In this document: positions 19,900 through 31,076 of the stretch, one piece after another
How the letters are laid out: each line of letters begins with the position of its first letter
Position numbering within the stretch: position 1 is the first letter of the stretch
Assembly: GCA_043825875.1 (NCBI GenBank)
Contig: JBDRRF010000111.1
Location: 1-64,000 of the forward strand
DNA length: 64,000 nucleotides
Origin: Pseudomonadota bacterium
GTDB lineage: Bacteria; Desulfobacterota; Desulfobacteria; Desulfobacterales; RPRI01
Direction: 5' to 3'
Notes under the pieces: generated by a model
The model's input: the letters and a program-made list of their open reading frames with translations, nothing else
Database searches by the model: none
What the model was told of the DNA's origin: nothing
Translations under genes and position numbers: made by a program

Positions 19900-22422
19900 A
19901 TGGCCGAGATTAGTCTGACAATAGACGATAAAGAAGTAATAACCGAGGCAGGAAAAACTGTCCTGCAAGCCGCTTCGGAAGCGGGTATTTATATTCCCAC
20001 CCTTTGTTCTCATCCTAATTTGCCCAATTTTACCACAGCAAAACCAAGTGAGTTTATTTACCGGGGCGAAGAAAAAATTATTACCGAAGAACACTCCGCG
20101 CTTGAAGGCGGTTGTATGCTTTGTCTGGTTCAAACGGAAGGTGAAGAAGGTTTATTCTTCTCATGTCAGACAGAAGCAAAGCCGGGTATGAAAATATCCA
20201 CCAATTCTCCTGAAATTCAGGAAGAAAGACAGAAGGCTCTTGCAGCTATTTTGGTGAACCATCCCCATGCTTGCCTTACATGTGCACAGAGGGAAGGATG
20301 TACGCGTGAGCCCTGCTCCACTAGTGTTAAAGTTGAAGAGCGCTGTTGTATCAATTTCGGCAATTGCGAATTGCAAAAAGTTGCTGAATATATTGGTATC
20401 CCGGAAGATACGGGAAGATATGTTCCTCAAAATTTTCCGATTATAAAAGAAGATCCTCTGTATAACAGAAATCCGAATCTTTGCATAGGCTGCTTGAGAT
20501 GCGTAAGAGCTTGTAATTCTTTAAGAGAAAATGAAGTCTTAGGCTTTGTGGTAAAAGACGGGAAAGTAATAGTCGGTCCTCAAAAAGCTCCTATGCTAAG
20601 AGAGGCTGATTGCAGATTCTGTGGTGCGTGTGTTGAGGTATGCCCCACAGGAGCTCTTACTGATAAAATAAAGATAACGGAATCAAATCGTGAGGAAACT
20701 CTTGTTCCATGCAGGAATACCTGTCCTGCCGGAATAGATATTCCCAGATTTGTTAATTATATAGCAAAAAACGATTTTGACAAAGCAATTGCAGTTGTCA
20801 GGGAAAGAGTGCCTTTGCCTTCTGTTTTGGGTGCGGTCTGTTTCCATCCTTGTGAAGTTAAATGCCGTCGTGGTGAAGTAAACGAGCCGGTTGCCATTTG
20901 TTCTCTTAAGCGCTTTGTTGCGGAAAATGATAATGGGCTTTGGAAAGAAAAAAGGAAAAAGCTTCCTTCAACCGGCAAAAAAGTTGCAATTATCGGTTCT
21001 GGGCCAGCCGGTTTGGTTTCTGCATATTATTTGGCAACGCTGGGGCATGAAATAACAATATTTGAAAAAGAAGATAAACCCGGTGGGATGCTAAGAGCCG
21101 GCATTCCCTATTACAGATTAACGGAAGAAACTCTTCAAAAAGATATAGACAGTATTTTGGAGATAGGGATCAATCTAAAAACAGGTGTTAAGATCGGTGA
21201 TGAACTTAAGCTTGCCGATATAAAAAATGATTATGATGCTGTATTTGTTGCCGTAGGATCTTCTATGAGCAGAAAGCTCCCCATTGAAGGTACGGATGCG
21301 GAAAATGTGCTTTGGGGTGTGGAATTTTTACGTGAAGCAAGCATGCAGCCACTTCCAATAGTAAAAGATCGGGTGGTTGTTATCGGTGGTGGAAATGTAG
21401 CGATTGATGTTGCGATGACTGCTTTAAGGCTGGGCGCAAAAGATGTCCGAATGATTTGCTTGGAAAAGAAAGAAGAGATGCCTGCACATAAATGGGAAAT
21501 CGCCCAGGCGGAAGAAGAAGGAATAAAAATAGATACATCATGGGGACCGAGAAAGATCCTTAATAATAATGGTTGTGTTTCCGGAATAGAACTAATCCGT
21601 TGCGAAAGTGTTTTTGATGATGCCTGCGTATTCAATCCTTCCTTTGACGAAGATGATATCAAAACTATTGAATGTGACAGTGTGATCTTAGCAATCGGAC
21701 AGGCTTCCGATTTATCAATTATCAATGATATACCGGACATTAAAACCTCCAGGGGCATTATCTCAACGGATAAAGACCAATATACAGGCGTAGATGGTGT
21801 TTTTGCAGGAGGAGATGTAGCCATGGCACCCGGTTCAGTTGTGGATGCCGTGAGGATGGGCAGAAATGCATCAGTTGCCATTGATAAATATCTTGGTGGA
21901 GAGGGAAATATTGAAGAAGTACTTACCGAGCCGGAACCAAGAAATCCTAAAATGGGAAAAGCTGAAGGATTTGGTAATTGGTCCAGAGCTGGTGCGACAT
22001 GCATTCCTGTGGAAGAACGTAAAAATAATTTTAATCTTGTTGAGCAGGTATACAGTAAGGAAGAAGCAATCAAGGAAGCAAGCCGTTGCATGCAATGTGA
22101 TTTAAGGCTTGAGATTTGTGGTATAACTTCACCTCCGGAACATTACCTTGAATTCAATGCTGAAAATGTCGGCAATGTTCCTGAAGTATCCGGGGTTTTT
22201 CAGCTTTTAGATAATGATAAAAAAGTAACCACGATTAAAGGCGCAATGAATATTAAAGAAGCGCTTGATGAGGCAATCGAAGGAAATAATGATGCCGCAT
22301 GGTTTGAATGGGAAGCGGATGAAATGTTTACAAAGAGGGAAAGCGAGCTCATTCAGCAATATATGCAAAAATACGGTGAAATGCCCGGAGGCGGTATGGA
22401 CGAGCTTGATGACCTGTTTTAG
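19900..22422 (+). CDS. thnG: FAD/FeS NAD(P)H:ferredoxin oxidoreductase, BzdV-like
   Basis: N-terminal 2Fe-2S and 4Fe-4S motifs; GltD-like CPAGIDIP, GSGPAG, GGGNVA, FAGGD. Confidence 0.82.
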   Translation: MAEISLTIDDKEVITEAGKTVLQAASEAGIYIPTLCSHPNLPNFTTAKPSEFIYRGEEKIITEEHSALEGGCMLCLVQTEGEEGLFFSCQTEAKPGMKISTNSPEIQEERQKALAAILVNHPHACLTCAQREGCTREPCSTSVKVEERCCINFGNCELQKVAEYIGIPEDTGRYVPQNFPIIKEDPLYNRNPNLCIGCLRCVRACNSLRENEVLGFVVKDGKVIVGPQKAPMLREADCRFCGACVEVCPTGALTDKIKITESNREETLVPCRNTCPAGIDIPRFVNYIAKNDFDKAIAVVRERVPLPSVLGAVCFHPCEVKCRRGEVNEPVAICSLKRFVAENDNGLWKEKRKKLPSTGKKVAIIGSGPAGLVSAYYLATLGHEITIFEKEDKPGGMLRAGIPYYRLTEETLQKDIDSILEIGINLKTGVKIGDELKLADIKNDYDAVFVAVGSSMSRKLPIEGTDAENVLWGVEFLREASMQPLPIVKDRVVVIGGGNVAIDVAMTALRLGAKDVRMICLEKKEEMPAHKWEIAQAEEEGIKIDTSWGPRKILNNNGCVSGIELIRCESVFDDACVFNPSFDEDDIKTIECDSVILAIGQASDLSIINDIPDIKTSRGIISTDKDQYTGVDGVFAGGDVAMAPGSVVDAVRMGRNASVAIDKYLGGEGNIEEVLTEPEPRNPKMGKAEGFGNWSRAGATCIPVEERKNNFNLVEQVYSKEEAIKEASRCMQCDLRLEICGITSPPEHYLEFNAENVGNVPEVSGVFQLLDNDKKVTTIKGAMNIKEALDEAIEGNNDAAWFEWEADEMFTKRESELIQQYMQKYGEMPGGGMDELDDLF

Positions 22423-22480
22423 AAACTAAGGGTATGCACATATAATATCAAGTTGATTTAGTATGTTAATATTATGATAC

Positions 22481-22528
22481 AGCGTGTCAAGCTAATTTCT
22501 TGACACGCTAAAAAATATAATCCATATT
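22481..22528 (+). promoter_or_regulatory. Internal promoter candidate with an 11-bp inverted repeat over the -35
   Basis: AGCGTGTCAAG-N7-CTTGACACGCT; TTGACA 22500, 17 bp, CATATT. Confidence 0.5.
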
Positions 22529-22596
22529 CAAATATTATTTAGCGTTTAAGTTCCTTAAGAAAGAAATAATAATATCGAGTTGTTGTGAGGAGCAAA

Positions 22597-23034
22597 ATGA
22601 AGGAAATCTTATATGATGATCTGATTAAAGGTATGCAATTACCTGATATGACTTATTCTTTAACAGATGATGTTATAGATAAATATTTAGAAGCAATTGA
22701 CGATCTCAACCCGCTTTACCTCGATGAAGAGTACGCAAAAAAAACACCATTGAACGGCTGTATTGTTCCGCCCATTTCAATGGCGATTTACAGTACTGTA
22801 AGCAGTGTTATTAAGCCTTTAAATGTAAAAACACCGCCCGGATTGATACATGCAAGGCAAAGATTTGAATTTACAGGATTGGTCAGGCCTGGCGATGAAT
22901 TATTAATTAAAACAATTGTAGAAGACAAATATGAAAAAAAGGGACGAAAATACGTTGTCTTTAAATCAGAAGTATTTAACAAGGATGGTCAAAAGATTGG
23001 TGCAAGCTGGCTAAGTCCCATATGGCCCAAGTGA
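22597..23034 (+). CDS. thnH: MaoC-like dehydratase subunit
   Basis: DDLNPLYLDEEYA..TP; GAGGAG RBS before ATG 22597. Confidence 0.78.
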   Translation: MKEILYDDLIKGMQLPDMTYSLTDDVIDKYLEAIDDLNPLYLDEEYAKKTPLNGCIVPPISMAIYSTVSSVIKPLNVKTPPGLIHARQRFEFTGLVRPGDELLIKTIVEDKYEKKGRKYVVFKSEVFNKDGQKIGASWLSPIWPK

Positions 23035-23055
23035 TATAATATCAGGAGAAGGGGT

Positions 23056-23490
23056 ATGAGTGGTTATATAACTTTTGAAGAATTAAACATTGGGGAAGAT
23101 CTGACTCCGGTAATAAAAAAAATGACGCAGGAAAAGATCAACAGATATGTAAGCATTGCAGAAGATTACAATCCTATTCATACTGATGAGGAATTTGCAA
23201 AGAAAACTCCGTTTAAGGGGATAATTGCTCCCGGGTATCAGACCATGGCTTATATTTCCGAATTAATGAGCCGGGATTTTGGTAATGCCTGGTATACAAG
23301 CGGAAAAATGGATATCAGAATGGTAAAGGTCGTAAGACCTGGTGATTTATTGACTGCCAGAGCTAAAGTAGTAGATAAAAAAGAAGAAGAAGGGAAAAAC
23401 ATTGCGGTTTTTGAAGTACGTTTGACAAATCAAAACAATGAAGATGTAATCATCGGAAATGCAGAGGCAGCGTTTCCTAAAAATAATTAA
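23056..23490 (+). CDS. thnI: MaoC family (R)-specific enoyl-CoA hydratase
   Basis: DYNPIHTDEEFAKKTPFKGIIAPG motif. Confidence 0.8.
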   Translation: MSGYITFEELNIGEDLTPVIKKMTQEKINRYVSIAEDYNPIHTDEEFAKKTPFKGIIAPGYQTMAYISELMSRDFGNAWYTSGKMDIRMVKVVRPGDLLTARAKVVDKKEEEGKNIAVFEVRLTNQNNEDVIIGNAEAAFPKNN

Positions 23491-23610
23491 TTCATTAAAT
23501 TTACTTTCAGATTACTGAAGTATTTCACATATTGTTTTTACGAGACTGAATCGAGACAATTAAGGTCAAACAATTTTGTAATTTAAGTTTAAAAAAAAGG
23601 AGAATTAAAT

Positions 23611-24939
23611 ATGGCAGAACTGTTGGATTATCAGGATGTAGTATTGATTGACGGAGCAAGAACTCCTATTGGAAAGTTTGGAGGCTCTTTAAAGGATTTA
23701 TTGGTATGGCAGATGGGCGCTATGGCTATAAAGGGTGTTGTGGAAAGAACCGGAATAGATCCGGAACTGATTGATGAAGTAATAATGTCACATACCAGAC
23801 AGGATGGGACAGGAACCAACCCTGCCCGTAACATGATGCTTTTTGCCGGCCTGCCTAAAAAGATTCCGGCACATACGGTAAATATGGTTTGTGCTGCCGG
23901 CTTGAAGGCTATACATCTGGCTGTTCAATCAATTCGCACAGGTGAAACCGAAGTGGCGATTGTAGGTGGATCCGAGAGCATGAGCAATATTCCTCATATG
24001 TTAAGGGGTGCCCGCTGGCGTCCTCTTGGAAGATTGAATAATATTTCAATCGATGACGCTTTTTTATATCTTTCAGATAATTACAGCAAACTGACTCCCG
24101 GACTTACCGCCGAACGTTGCAGTGAAAGACACGGACTCACCAAAGAAGAAAATGATCAGATAGGTTATGAGAGCCATGTTAAAGCTGCTAAATCCTGGGC
24201 TGATGGCGTTTTCGACGATGAGGTTTTTCCGGTAGAAATACCGGCTGAACCCGTTAGGGGAGGACATAAACCTTTTACTTTATATTCCGATGAGTGCTAT
24301 AGAAAAGATGCTACTATAGAAGGCATGCGAAAACTTGGTACACCTTTTAAAAAAGACGGAACAATAACTGCAGGAAGCTCATCGGGTATCACCGACGGAG
24401 CTGGAGCTTCATTGATAATGTCACGTAAAAAGGCTGAGGAATTGGGTCTTAAACCTATAGCTTCTTTTGTTGATTTCCTCTTTTACGGACTGGAACCTGC
24501 AGATTTTCCGGATGGACCAGGACTTTCAATTCCGGTAATACTTAAAAGAAACAATATGACTTTAGATGATATGAAGTATGTAGAAATTAATGAGGCTTTC
24601 GGAGCTGTGTGTCTTGCTGCTGAGAAAATGATGAACTGGAAAGATCGCGAAAAGATGAATCCTCATGGCGGCTGTATTGCTCTTGGACATCCAACAGGCT
24701 ACAGCGGTGCTCGTCTGACTTTACATCTTGCCCATACCTTGAATAAAGGTGAATATGGTTTAGCATGCCTTTGTGGTGGTGGCGGCATGGCCGGCAATAT
24801 GATATTAAAGAGTGAAAGAGATCCTGATCAGACATATAAAAAGATTGTTGTGGGTCTTGATGAGAAAACAGGAATGGCTGTTGCAAGAGAGCCATCTGCG
24901 GAAGATCTGGAAAAAATGAAAAATCATGAGATCACCTGA
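23611..24939 (+). CDS. thnJ: Thiolase
   Basis: NMVCAAG, NEAF, GHPTG, CGGGG. Confidence 0.85.
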   Translation: MAELLDYQDVVLIDGARTPIGKFGGSLKDLLVWQMGAMAIKGVVERTGIDPELIDEVIMSHTRQDGTGTNPARNMMLFAGLPKKIPAHTVNMVCAAGLKAIHLAVQSIRTGETEVAIVGGSESMSNIPHMLRGARWRPLGRLNNISIDDAFLYLSDNYSKLTPGLTAERCSERHGLTKEENDQIGYESHVKAAKSWADGVFDDEVFPVEIPAEPVRGGHKPFTLYSDECYRKDATIEGMRKLGTPFKKDGTITAGSSSGITDGAGASLIMSRKKAEELGLKPIASFVDFLFYGLEPADFPDGPGLSIPVILKRNNMTLDDMKYVEINEAFGAVCLAAEKMMNWKDREKMNPHGGCIALGHPTGYSGARLTLHLAHTLNKGEYGLACLCGGGGMAGNMILKSERDPDQTYKKIVVGLDEKTGMAVAREPSAEDLEKMKNHEIT

Positions 24940-24991
24940 TAGAAATATTATATAGGTCGATAAATAAAATATATACCAAGGAGGTTTAAAC

Positions 24992-25846
24992 ATGGCTATA
25001 GAAAAAGTTGCAGTAATAGGTATGGGCCTTATGGGCGCCGGAATCGCTCAGGTTTATGCAGAGGGTGGATGTGATGTATATGTTACTGATATCTCTGAAG
25101 ACTATATAAAAAAAGGAATGGCCAGCATTGATAAGTTTCTGTCCAAATCTGTGGCTAAAGGCAAGATGGATGAAGCTAGAAAGGCGGAAATTTTAGCAAA
25201 GATCAAGCCTATTAAAGATATTAGCGAAGCAAAAGATATTGATCTTGCTCAGGAAGCTGTTCCTGAAGATATGGAGCTTAAAAAGAAAATTCACAAGCAG
25301 CTTGATGAAGTTCTTCCCCCGAATGTTATTCTTGCAATCTGTACCTCGGCTCTTTGCGTTAGTGAAATTGCCGGAGCTACAAAAAGACAGGATAAGGTTA
25401 TCGGAACCCATTTTCACAGTCCTGCCCAGGTTATGAAGATGGTTGAAGTTATTCGCGGATTGAATACTTCTGATGAGACAGTAAAAGATATAAACGATAT
25501 ATTGGTAAAATGCGGCAAGAACGCCATTAATGTAATGGACTCACCCGGATTTATTACCAGCCGTGTATGGTGTCCTTTTGGAATGGCTGCTATCCAGACA
25601 CTTACGGAAGGAATTGCTTCTAAAGAAGATATTGATGCAGCTCTTCAGGAAGGATTCCATCATCCAATGGGTCCGCTTAAACTTATGGACATTATCGGAT
25701 TAGACGTAATGCTGCACGCAGCTTTAGATCTGGAGAAGAATTTTGGGCCTGCCTACTCACCTCCTCCTCTTTTGAAGAGAATGGTTGCAGCAGGTCAGCT
25801 TGGTGTTAAAACAGGTAAGGGATTTTACGATTATCCAAAGAAGTAA
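24992..25846 (+). CDS. thnK: 3-hydroxyacyl-CoA dehydrogenase
   Basis: [24 protein letters not shown]. Confidence 0.87.
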   Translation: MAIEKVAVIGMGLMGAGIAQVYAEGGCDVYVTDISEDYIKKGMASIDKFLSKSVAKGKMDEARKAEILAKIKPIKDISEAKDIDLAQEAVPEDMELKKKIHKQLDEVLPPNVILAICTSALCVSEIAGATKRQDKVIGTHFHSPAQVMKMVEVIRGLNTSDETVKDINDILVKCGKNAINVMDSPGFITSRVWCPFGMAAIQTLTEGIASKEDIDAALQEGFHHPMGPLKLMDIIGLDVMLHAALDLEKNFGPAYSPPPLLKRMVAAGQLGVKTGKGFYDYPKK

Positions 25847-25878
25847 TTAATATTTTTTTAATATTGGGGTATTTATTC

Positions 25879-25930
25879 CCCGCCGCTTGCAGGTGTGAAT
25901 TTGCAAGCGGCGGGTCTATTCTGTTTTTTC
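25879..25930 (+). terminator. Strong internal hairpin after thnK (terminator/attenuator or mRNA stabiliser)
   Basis: CCCGCCGCTTGCA-N10-TGCAAGCGGCGGG followed by T-rich tract. Confidence 0.6.
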
Positions 25931-26034
25931 TGATCGTATCCCTTTTGCAAGTCGGGACACAACAGATTAATGATGCTTTTAAAAGTTTTATTTAGTTCGT
26001 CTTAGCATGCTAAATAAATGGGATGTAGAATAAA

Positions 26035-26814
26035 ATGGCTTATAATAATATATTGTATGAGATTGAAGATGGTGTTGCAAAACTGACATTAAATATACCT
26101 GAAAAGATGAATCGCTTAAGCAACGAAACCATGAAAGAAGTAGTTGCCGCTTTAGATGAAGCAAAAGCCGATGATTCGGTAAGAGTTGTTGTTATTGGGG
26201 CTGCAGGCGATCAGGCCTTTTGTGCCGGAGCTAATCTTGCTGATTTTCAAGGTCTATCACCTGTTGAAAGCCGTAAGGTTTTTTCCGCTTTTGCGGATCT
26301 TTCCAGAATTTTTATTAATCTTGGGAAACCATCAATTTCTGCGGTAAATGGACTGGCTCTTGCGGGTGGTTTTGGGTTGGCACTTTATCCTGATATCACG
26401 ATTGCTTCTGAAAATGCAAAATTCGGTCTTCCTGAAATTAATGTCGGAGTCTGGTCTTGCATGGTTTCCGCTTCGCTGCCAAAGCTTGTTGGAAGAAAAA
26501 AAGCTCTGGAATTGCTGATGACAGGCGATATGATTGATGCCAAAGAAGCTGAAAGAATCGGTCTTGTCAATAAAGTTGTTGCTCACGATAAACTGGAAGA
26601 AACCGTTATGGCTCTTGCCAAAAAGATCAGCAAAAAGAGCCCGGTAGTAATGAGCTTAGGACGTGATTCATACTATACAATGCTTGATATGGAATATGAC
26701 AAGGCTGTTAGCTACCTTTTGGAAATTCTGGCAATAATTGTAAGTACCGAAGACTGCCAGGAGGGTGTAACGGCTTTTACTGAAAAAAGAAAACCGGTCT
26801 GGAAGGGAAAATAA
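26035..26814 (+). CDS. thnL: Crotonase-family protein (hydratase/hydrolase)
   Basis: FCAGANL; ALAGGFGL (first catalytic Glu absent); FGLPEI. Confidence 0.78.
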   Translation: MAYNNILYEIEDGVAKLTLNIPEKMNRLSNETMKEVVAALDEAKADDSVRVVVIGAAGDQAFCAGANLADFQGLSPVESRKVFSAFADLSRIFINLGKPSISAVNGLALAGGFGLALYPDITIASENAKFGLPEINVGVWSCMVSASLPKLVGRKKALELLMTGDMIDAKEAERIGLVNKVVAHDKLEETVMALAKKISKKSPVVMSLGRDSYYTMLDMEYDKAVSYLLEILAIIVSTEDCQEGVTAFTEKRKPVWKGK

Positions 26815-26821
26815 AAATAAT

Positions 26822-27619
26822 ATGGCGGAAAAATCGGCAAAAAATGAAGGGGTAGTACTTCTTTCAATACGCGAGCATGTCGCTGTTGTTACGTTAAACC
26901 GTCCTGAAGCAATGAACAGCTTAAACAGCGCTGTCTTTTCCGGTTTGAAAAAGATAATTGATGACATGGAAAAAGACGATGAAATTCGCGCAATTATTAT
27001 AACCGGTGCAGGTGATAAAGCTTTTTGTGCAGGAATTGATCTTCGTGAACGAAAGGGAATGAGCAGCAAAGAGGTTAATTCCTTAAGAAGTGATATAATC
27101 TTTCCATGTTTTAAGAGCCTGGAAGATATGAAAAAACCTTTGATCGGAGCAATAAACGGTCTTTCTCTAGGCGGTGGTGCTGAAATAGCTCTGATGTGCG
27201 ATATAAGAATCGCCTCGAAAAATGCCCGCTTCGGACAGACAGAAGTAAAATGGGCAATTATTCCGGCAGCAGGCGCCTGTCAGCGCTTGCCGGCACTTAT
27301 AGGCTTGGGAAGAGCAAAAGAATTGCTTCTTACAGGAAGAATTATAGATGCAGCAGAAGGAGAGAAGATAGGATTGTTCAATCATATTACAAGTCAGGAT
27401 GACTTGATGCAAAAGTCATATGAGATAGCAGATATGATCGGAGAAAACGGTCCTGTTGCTGTAAGACAGATTAAAAAAGCGGTTGATCTTGGCGCTAAAA
27501 ATGTGCTTGCCCTTGCTTTTGACAGTGAAGCGTCCGAAGCATGTTATCATACCCAGGATCGCCTTGAAGGAATAGCGGCTTTTAATGAAAAGAGAAAGCC
27601 TAAATATAGCGGAATATAA
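26822..27619 (+). CDS. thnM: Enoyl-CoA hydratase family
   Basis: FCAGIDL; LGGGAEIAL; GQTE. Confidence 0.78.
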   Translation: MAEKSAKNEGVVLLSIREHVAVVTLNRPEAMNSLNSAVFSGLKKIIDDMEKDDEIRAIIITGAGDKAFCAGIDLRERKGMSSKEVNSLRSDIIFPCFKSLEDMKKPLIGAINGLSLGGGAEIALMCDIRIASKNARFGQTEVKWAIIPAAGACQRLPALIGLGRAKELLLTGRIIDAAEGEKIGLFNHITSQDDLMQKSYEIADMIGENGPVAVRQIKKAVDLGAKNVLALAFDSEASEACYHTQDRLEGIAAFNEKRKPKYSGI

Positions 27620-27665
27620 CCTTTGTTATAACACAATATGTTAGCAACACAAGGAGGACAAGTTT

Positions 27666-28595
27666 ATGGAAGATATTAAAGCAATAGATATAATGAATTA
27701 TCCCATTCAGGTTAAAAGTATTGTTGATTATGATTTCAACAAATACGAAGAATGGGCGATGATGGCTAAAACTACATTTAAGCCTTTTTTCCCGTTGGGA
27801 CGTTTTCCTAATACGCCGGAAGAGTTGGAACAGCATAAGCACCTTTATGGGACATCATTTTATCCTTTTGAGACTGTAGATAAATTTATTGCTGCAATGG
27901 ATAAGGACGGATACGACAGAGTTTGCATAGCAGCGGTTAAGATGTGGTCTTTCAGAAAAAGTTTCAGCCTGATTTTTGATTTTACTATTGACCAGGTTAA
28001 TGAGATGGTCAAGCAGGGTAAGGGCCGGATAATAGGAGTTGCCGGTTACAATCCATTCAGAATAGATGAAAGTCTTACTGATATTGAAAAATCGGTTAAA
28101 GAATATGGTTTTAAATTTGTTTATGCACATCCGATTACTTTCGGTTTACCTTTTAATGACAAGAAAATGTATCCACTTTATGGCCTTTGCAGCTCACTTA
28201 AAATTCCTGTTTCCATGCAGGTTGGGCACAGTGCTGAACCTCTTCCAAGCTGGGTGGGAAGTCCCATGACAGTTGATGAGGTTGTGATGGATTTTCCGGA
28301 TCTTAAGATAAATCTTTCCCACACTGGTTTCCCATGGATTAATGAATGGATCGATCTGGTCTGGAAACATCCCAATGTTTATGGTGATATTGCAGCATAT
28401 ATGCCCAAAAACCTTGATCCTGAGATAATCAAGTTTATGACAAGCGGAAGAGGGAACAGCAAGGTTATGTGGGGCAGCAATGGTATAGGCTTAACGCATG
28501 GCAAGCACCAACTTATGGAAATGGACATGAAGGATAAATATAAGGAAAATATCCTTCGTAATAATGCCTTAAGGTTTATGGGACTGGATAGCTAA
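27666..28595 (+). CDS. thnN: Amidohydrolase_2 family metal-dependent hydrolase
   Basis: NDKKMYPLY, SHTGFPW, HPNVYGDI, VMWGSN. Confidence 0.75.
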   Translation: MEDIKAIDIMNYPIQVKSIVDYDFNKYEEWAMMAKTTFKPFFPLGRFPNTPEELEQHKHLYGTSFYPFETVDKFIAAMDKDGYDRVCIAAVKMWSFRKSFSLIFDFTIDQVNEMVKQGKGRIIGVAGYNPFRIDESLTDIEKSVKEYGFKFVYAHPITFGLPFNDKKMYPLYGLCSSLKIPVSMQVGHSAEPLPSWVGSPMTVDEVVMDFPDLKINLSHTGFPWINEWIDLVWKHPNVYGDIAAYMPKNLDPEIIKFMTSGRGNSKVMWGSNGIGLTHGKHQLMEMDMKDKYKENILRNNALRFMGLDS

Positions 28596-28615
28596 TTTAA
28601 AGAAGAGGTTAAAAT

Positions 28616-29761
28616 ATGGATTTTCAATTAGATTCTGAACTTGTTCAGATTCAAGATACTGTAAGAAAATTTTGCGAAAAAGAAGTAACTCCGCATGCTG
28701 AAGAATGGGAAAAAAATGAATTTTTCCCTCGTGAAACAATTAGAAAAATGGGTGGGCTTGGTTTTTTTGCTTCCCCGTTTCCGGAACAATACGGCGGTAC
28801 TGAGTTGGGATTTTTAGCCAATATCATTGTCGCCGAAGAACTTGGAAGAGCATCGCTAGGCCTTGCCTGTTGCCTTAATATGCAAAGTGGTACATGCCCG
28901 ATGACTCTTTTGTTAAATGGTAATGAAGAACAAAAGGAGAAGTTTCTTCCTGGAATAATAAGCGGCGAGCTTTTAGGTTGTTTTGCAGTTACAGAACCGA
29001 ATGCTGCAACCGATGTGGCTGGTATAGAAACAAAAGCCATCAAAGACGGGGATCATTATATTTTAAATGGTTCAAAAATGTGGATTACACATTCATCCGT
29101 ATTTGATGTAGGAATTTGTTTTGCAAAAACTGACCCAAGCCAAAGACATAAGGGATTATCTGCGTTTATTATTGAAAAAGGCATGGAAGGTATGACCGGG
29201 ATGGCTGAAAAGGATAAGCTTGGTGTTCGCTCTTCCGATACAGGCCAGATAGTTTTTGAAGATGTGAAGGTACCGAAAGAAAACCTGATTGGTGAAGAAG
29301 GTCAGGGTTTTAAAATTGCGGAAAGTGCCTTAACATACGGAAGAGCAAATATTGCCGGCAGATCTCTTGGAATCGGTCAGGCAGCAGTGGATGCCGCTTT
29401 AAAATATGCAAATGAGAGAGAGCAGTTCGGAAAGAAAATCGGTTTTTTCCAGATGAACAAGCAGATTATTGCAGATATGGTAGCAGAAATCGATGCTTCA
29501 AGATTGCTTGTGTACCGTGCGGCCTGGTTGCAGGATCAAAAAAGGCCAAGTTCAAATGAGAGCACCATTGCAAAATTTTATGCATCTGAAGCAGCGGTTA
29601 GAGCGGTTATCGGAGCAGCTAAGATTCATGGTGCTTACACTTATTCTTCCGAATATCCGGTAGCAAGATTGTACCGTGATGTTATGCTGATGACGGCCGG
29701 TGAAGGAACATCGAATATTCAAAGATTAATAATCGCCAACAATGCGTTAGGCTGGAAGTAA
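28616..29761 (+). CDS. thnO: Acyl-CoA dehydrogenase
   Basis: FAVTEPNAATD; GSKMWIT; REQFGK; GEGTSNIQR. Confidence 0.87.
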   Translation: MDFQLDSELVQIQDTVRKFCEKEVTPHAEEWEKNEFFPRETIRKMGGLGFFASPFPEQYGGTELGFLANIIVAEELGRASLGLACCLNMQSGTCPMTLLLNGNEEQKEKFLPGIISGELLGCFAVTEPNAATDVAGIETKAIKDGDHYILNGSKMWITHSSVFDVGICFAKTDPSQRHKGLSAFIIEKGMEGMTGMAEKDKLGVRSSDTGQIVFEDVKVPKENLIGEEGQGFKIAESALTYGRANIAGRSLGIGQAAVDAALKYANEREQFGKKIGFFQMNKQIIADMVAEIDASRLLVYRAAWLQDQKRPSSNESTIAKFYASEAAVRAVIGAAKIHGAYTYSSEYPVARLYRDVMLMTAGEGTSNIQRLIIANNALGWK

Positions 29762-29770
29762 GCGGTTTAT

Positions 29771-31063
29771 ATGAAATATGGGAATCAACCTAAAACAGGT
29801 AAAATAAGTATTTCAGATGCTATAGGTATGATCAAGAGCGGCCAGCGGGTTTCGTTGAGCCCTGTATGTGCTGAGCCGCTCAATTTAGTTAAAGAACTGA
29901 TTGATCAGAAGGATAGGCTTGAAAATGTTACCCTTTATACCATGATGCCTATGGGGGACTGTGAATATTCCGGTCCGGATATGTTAAAGCACTTTAATGT
30001 AAAAGTGTTTTCCGTTGGTCCCAAATTGATGAAGGCTTTAAATCAAGGTTATGCCGAATATATTCCCTGCCATCTTTCCCAGATACCGTTTTTTTTCAGG
30101 GAACGTCTTATAGAATCTGATATAGCACTTGTTCAGATGTCGACTCCGGACAATCATGGATATTGCAGCCTTGGAGTTAGTGTAAGCTACATCAGGCCGG
30201 TGATAGATAATGCAAAAATTGTTATAGCCGAAATCAATGACCAGCTACCCAGAACTCTGGGTGACTCTATGGTACATATTTCTCAGGTGGATTATATTGT
30301 TGAAACTTCACATCCGATACCGACCATTCCTGTTCCAAAGATTGGAGCCATTGAAACAAAGATAGCCCAAATAACGGCAGATCTTGTTCCGGACGGGGCG
30401 GCAGTCCAGGTTGGGATCGGGAACATAGCGGATGCAATACTTCAGCAACTGACCTCAAAAAAGAATCTGACCATACATACAGGGACTTTTTCGGACGGTG
30501 CTGTGGCATTGGCAAAATCGGGTGCTCTTGACGGCATGAAAGGCCAGCCGGAAAGCGGCAGAATGACTACTACCGAATTAATCGGTACAACCGAATTATA
30601 TGAATTTTGCCATAACAATCCTCTGGTTTCTCTTCGTCCCATAGATTTTACGCATAATATTAACGTGTTGAGTCAGATCAATAATTTGATAAGTGTGACC
30701 GCAGGTATTGAGATAGATCTTTCAGGTCAGGTTAATGCGGAAATGCGTGGTAAAACCCTTGTAAATGGTGTTGGCGGACAGCTTGATTTTGTCCGGGGTG
30801 CAGGAGCATCGTTTGGGGGAAAGTCGATAGTAGTTTTTCCATCCACTGCAAAAAAAGGAGAAATATCCCGGATTGTGCCGAAACTTGGTGCAGGAGTTAC
30901 AGCGACTGTTGGCAGGGCAGATATAGACTATGTAATTACTGAATTTGGTGTTGCGCATCTTAGAGGCAAAACTCTTTCGGAAAGAGCAAGAGAATTGATT
31001 GCTATAGCCCATCCGGATTTTCGAGAAGAACTTAAAAGTGCTTTCAATAAGATAAACAGTTAG
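29771..31063 (+). CDS. thnP: Acetyl-CoA hydrolase/transferase (4-hydroxybutyrate CoA-transferase-like)
   Basis: QVGIG; EIDLSGQVNAE; GVGGQLDF; IAHPDFR. Confidence 0.82.
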   Translation: MKYGNQPKTGKISISDAIGMIKSGQRVSLSPVCAEPLNLVKELIDQKDRLENVTLYTMMPMGDCEYSGPDMLKHFNVKVFSVGPKLMKALNQGYAEYIPCHLSQIPFFFRERLIESDIALVQMSTPDNHGYCSLGVSVSYIRPVIDNAKIVIAEINDQLPRTLGDSMVHISQVDYIVETSHPIPTIPVPKIGAIETKIAQITADLVPDGAAVQVGIGNIADAILQQLTSKKNLTIHTGTFSDGAVALAKSGALDGMKGQPESGRMTTTELIGTTELYEFCHNNPLVSLRPIDFTHNINVLSQINNLISVTAGIEIDLSGQVNAEMRGKTLVNGVGGQLDFVRGAGASFGGKSIVVFPSTAKKGEISRIVPKLGAGVTATVGRADIDYVITEFGVAHLRGKTLSERARELIAIAHPDFREELKSAFNKINS

Positions 31064-31076
31064 GAGGATAAAAGAT

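Noticed and set aside
21231..22091. Long antisense ORF (286 aa) and other shadow ORFs in the track
   Set aside because: Opposite or overlapping well-supported genes; no motifs
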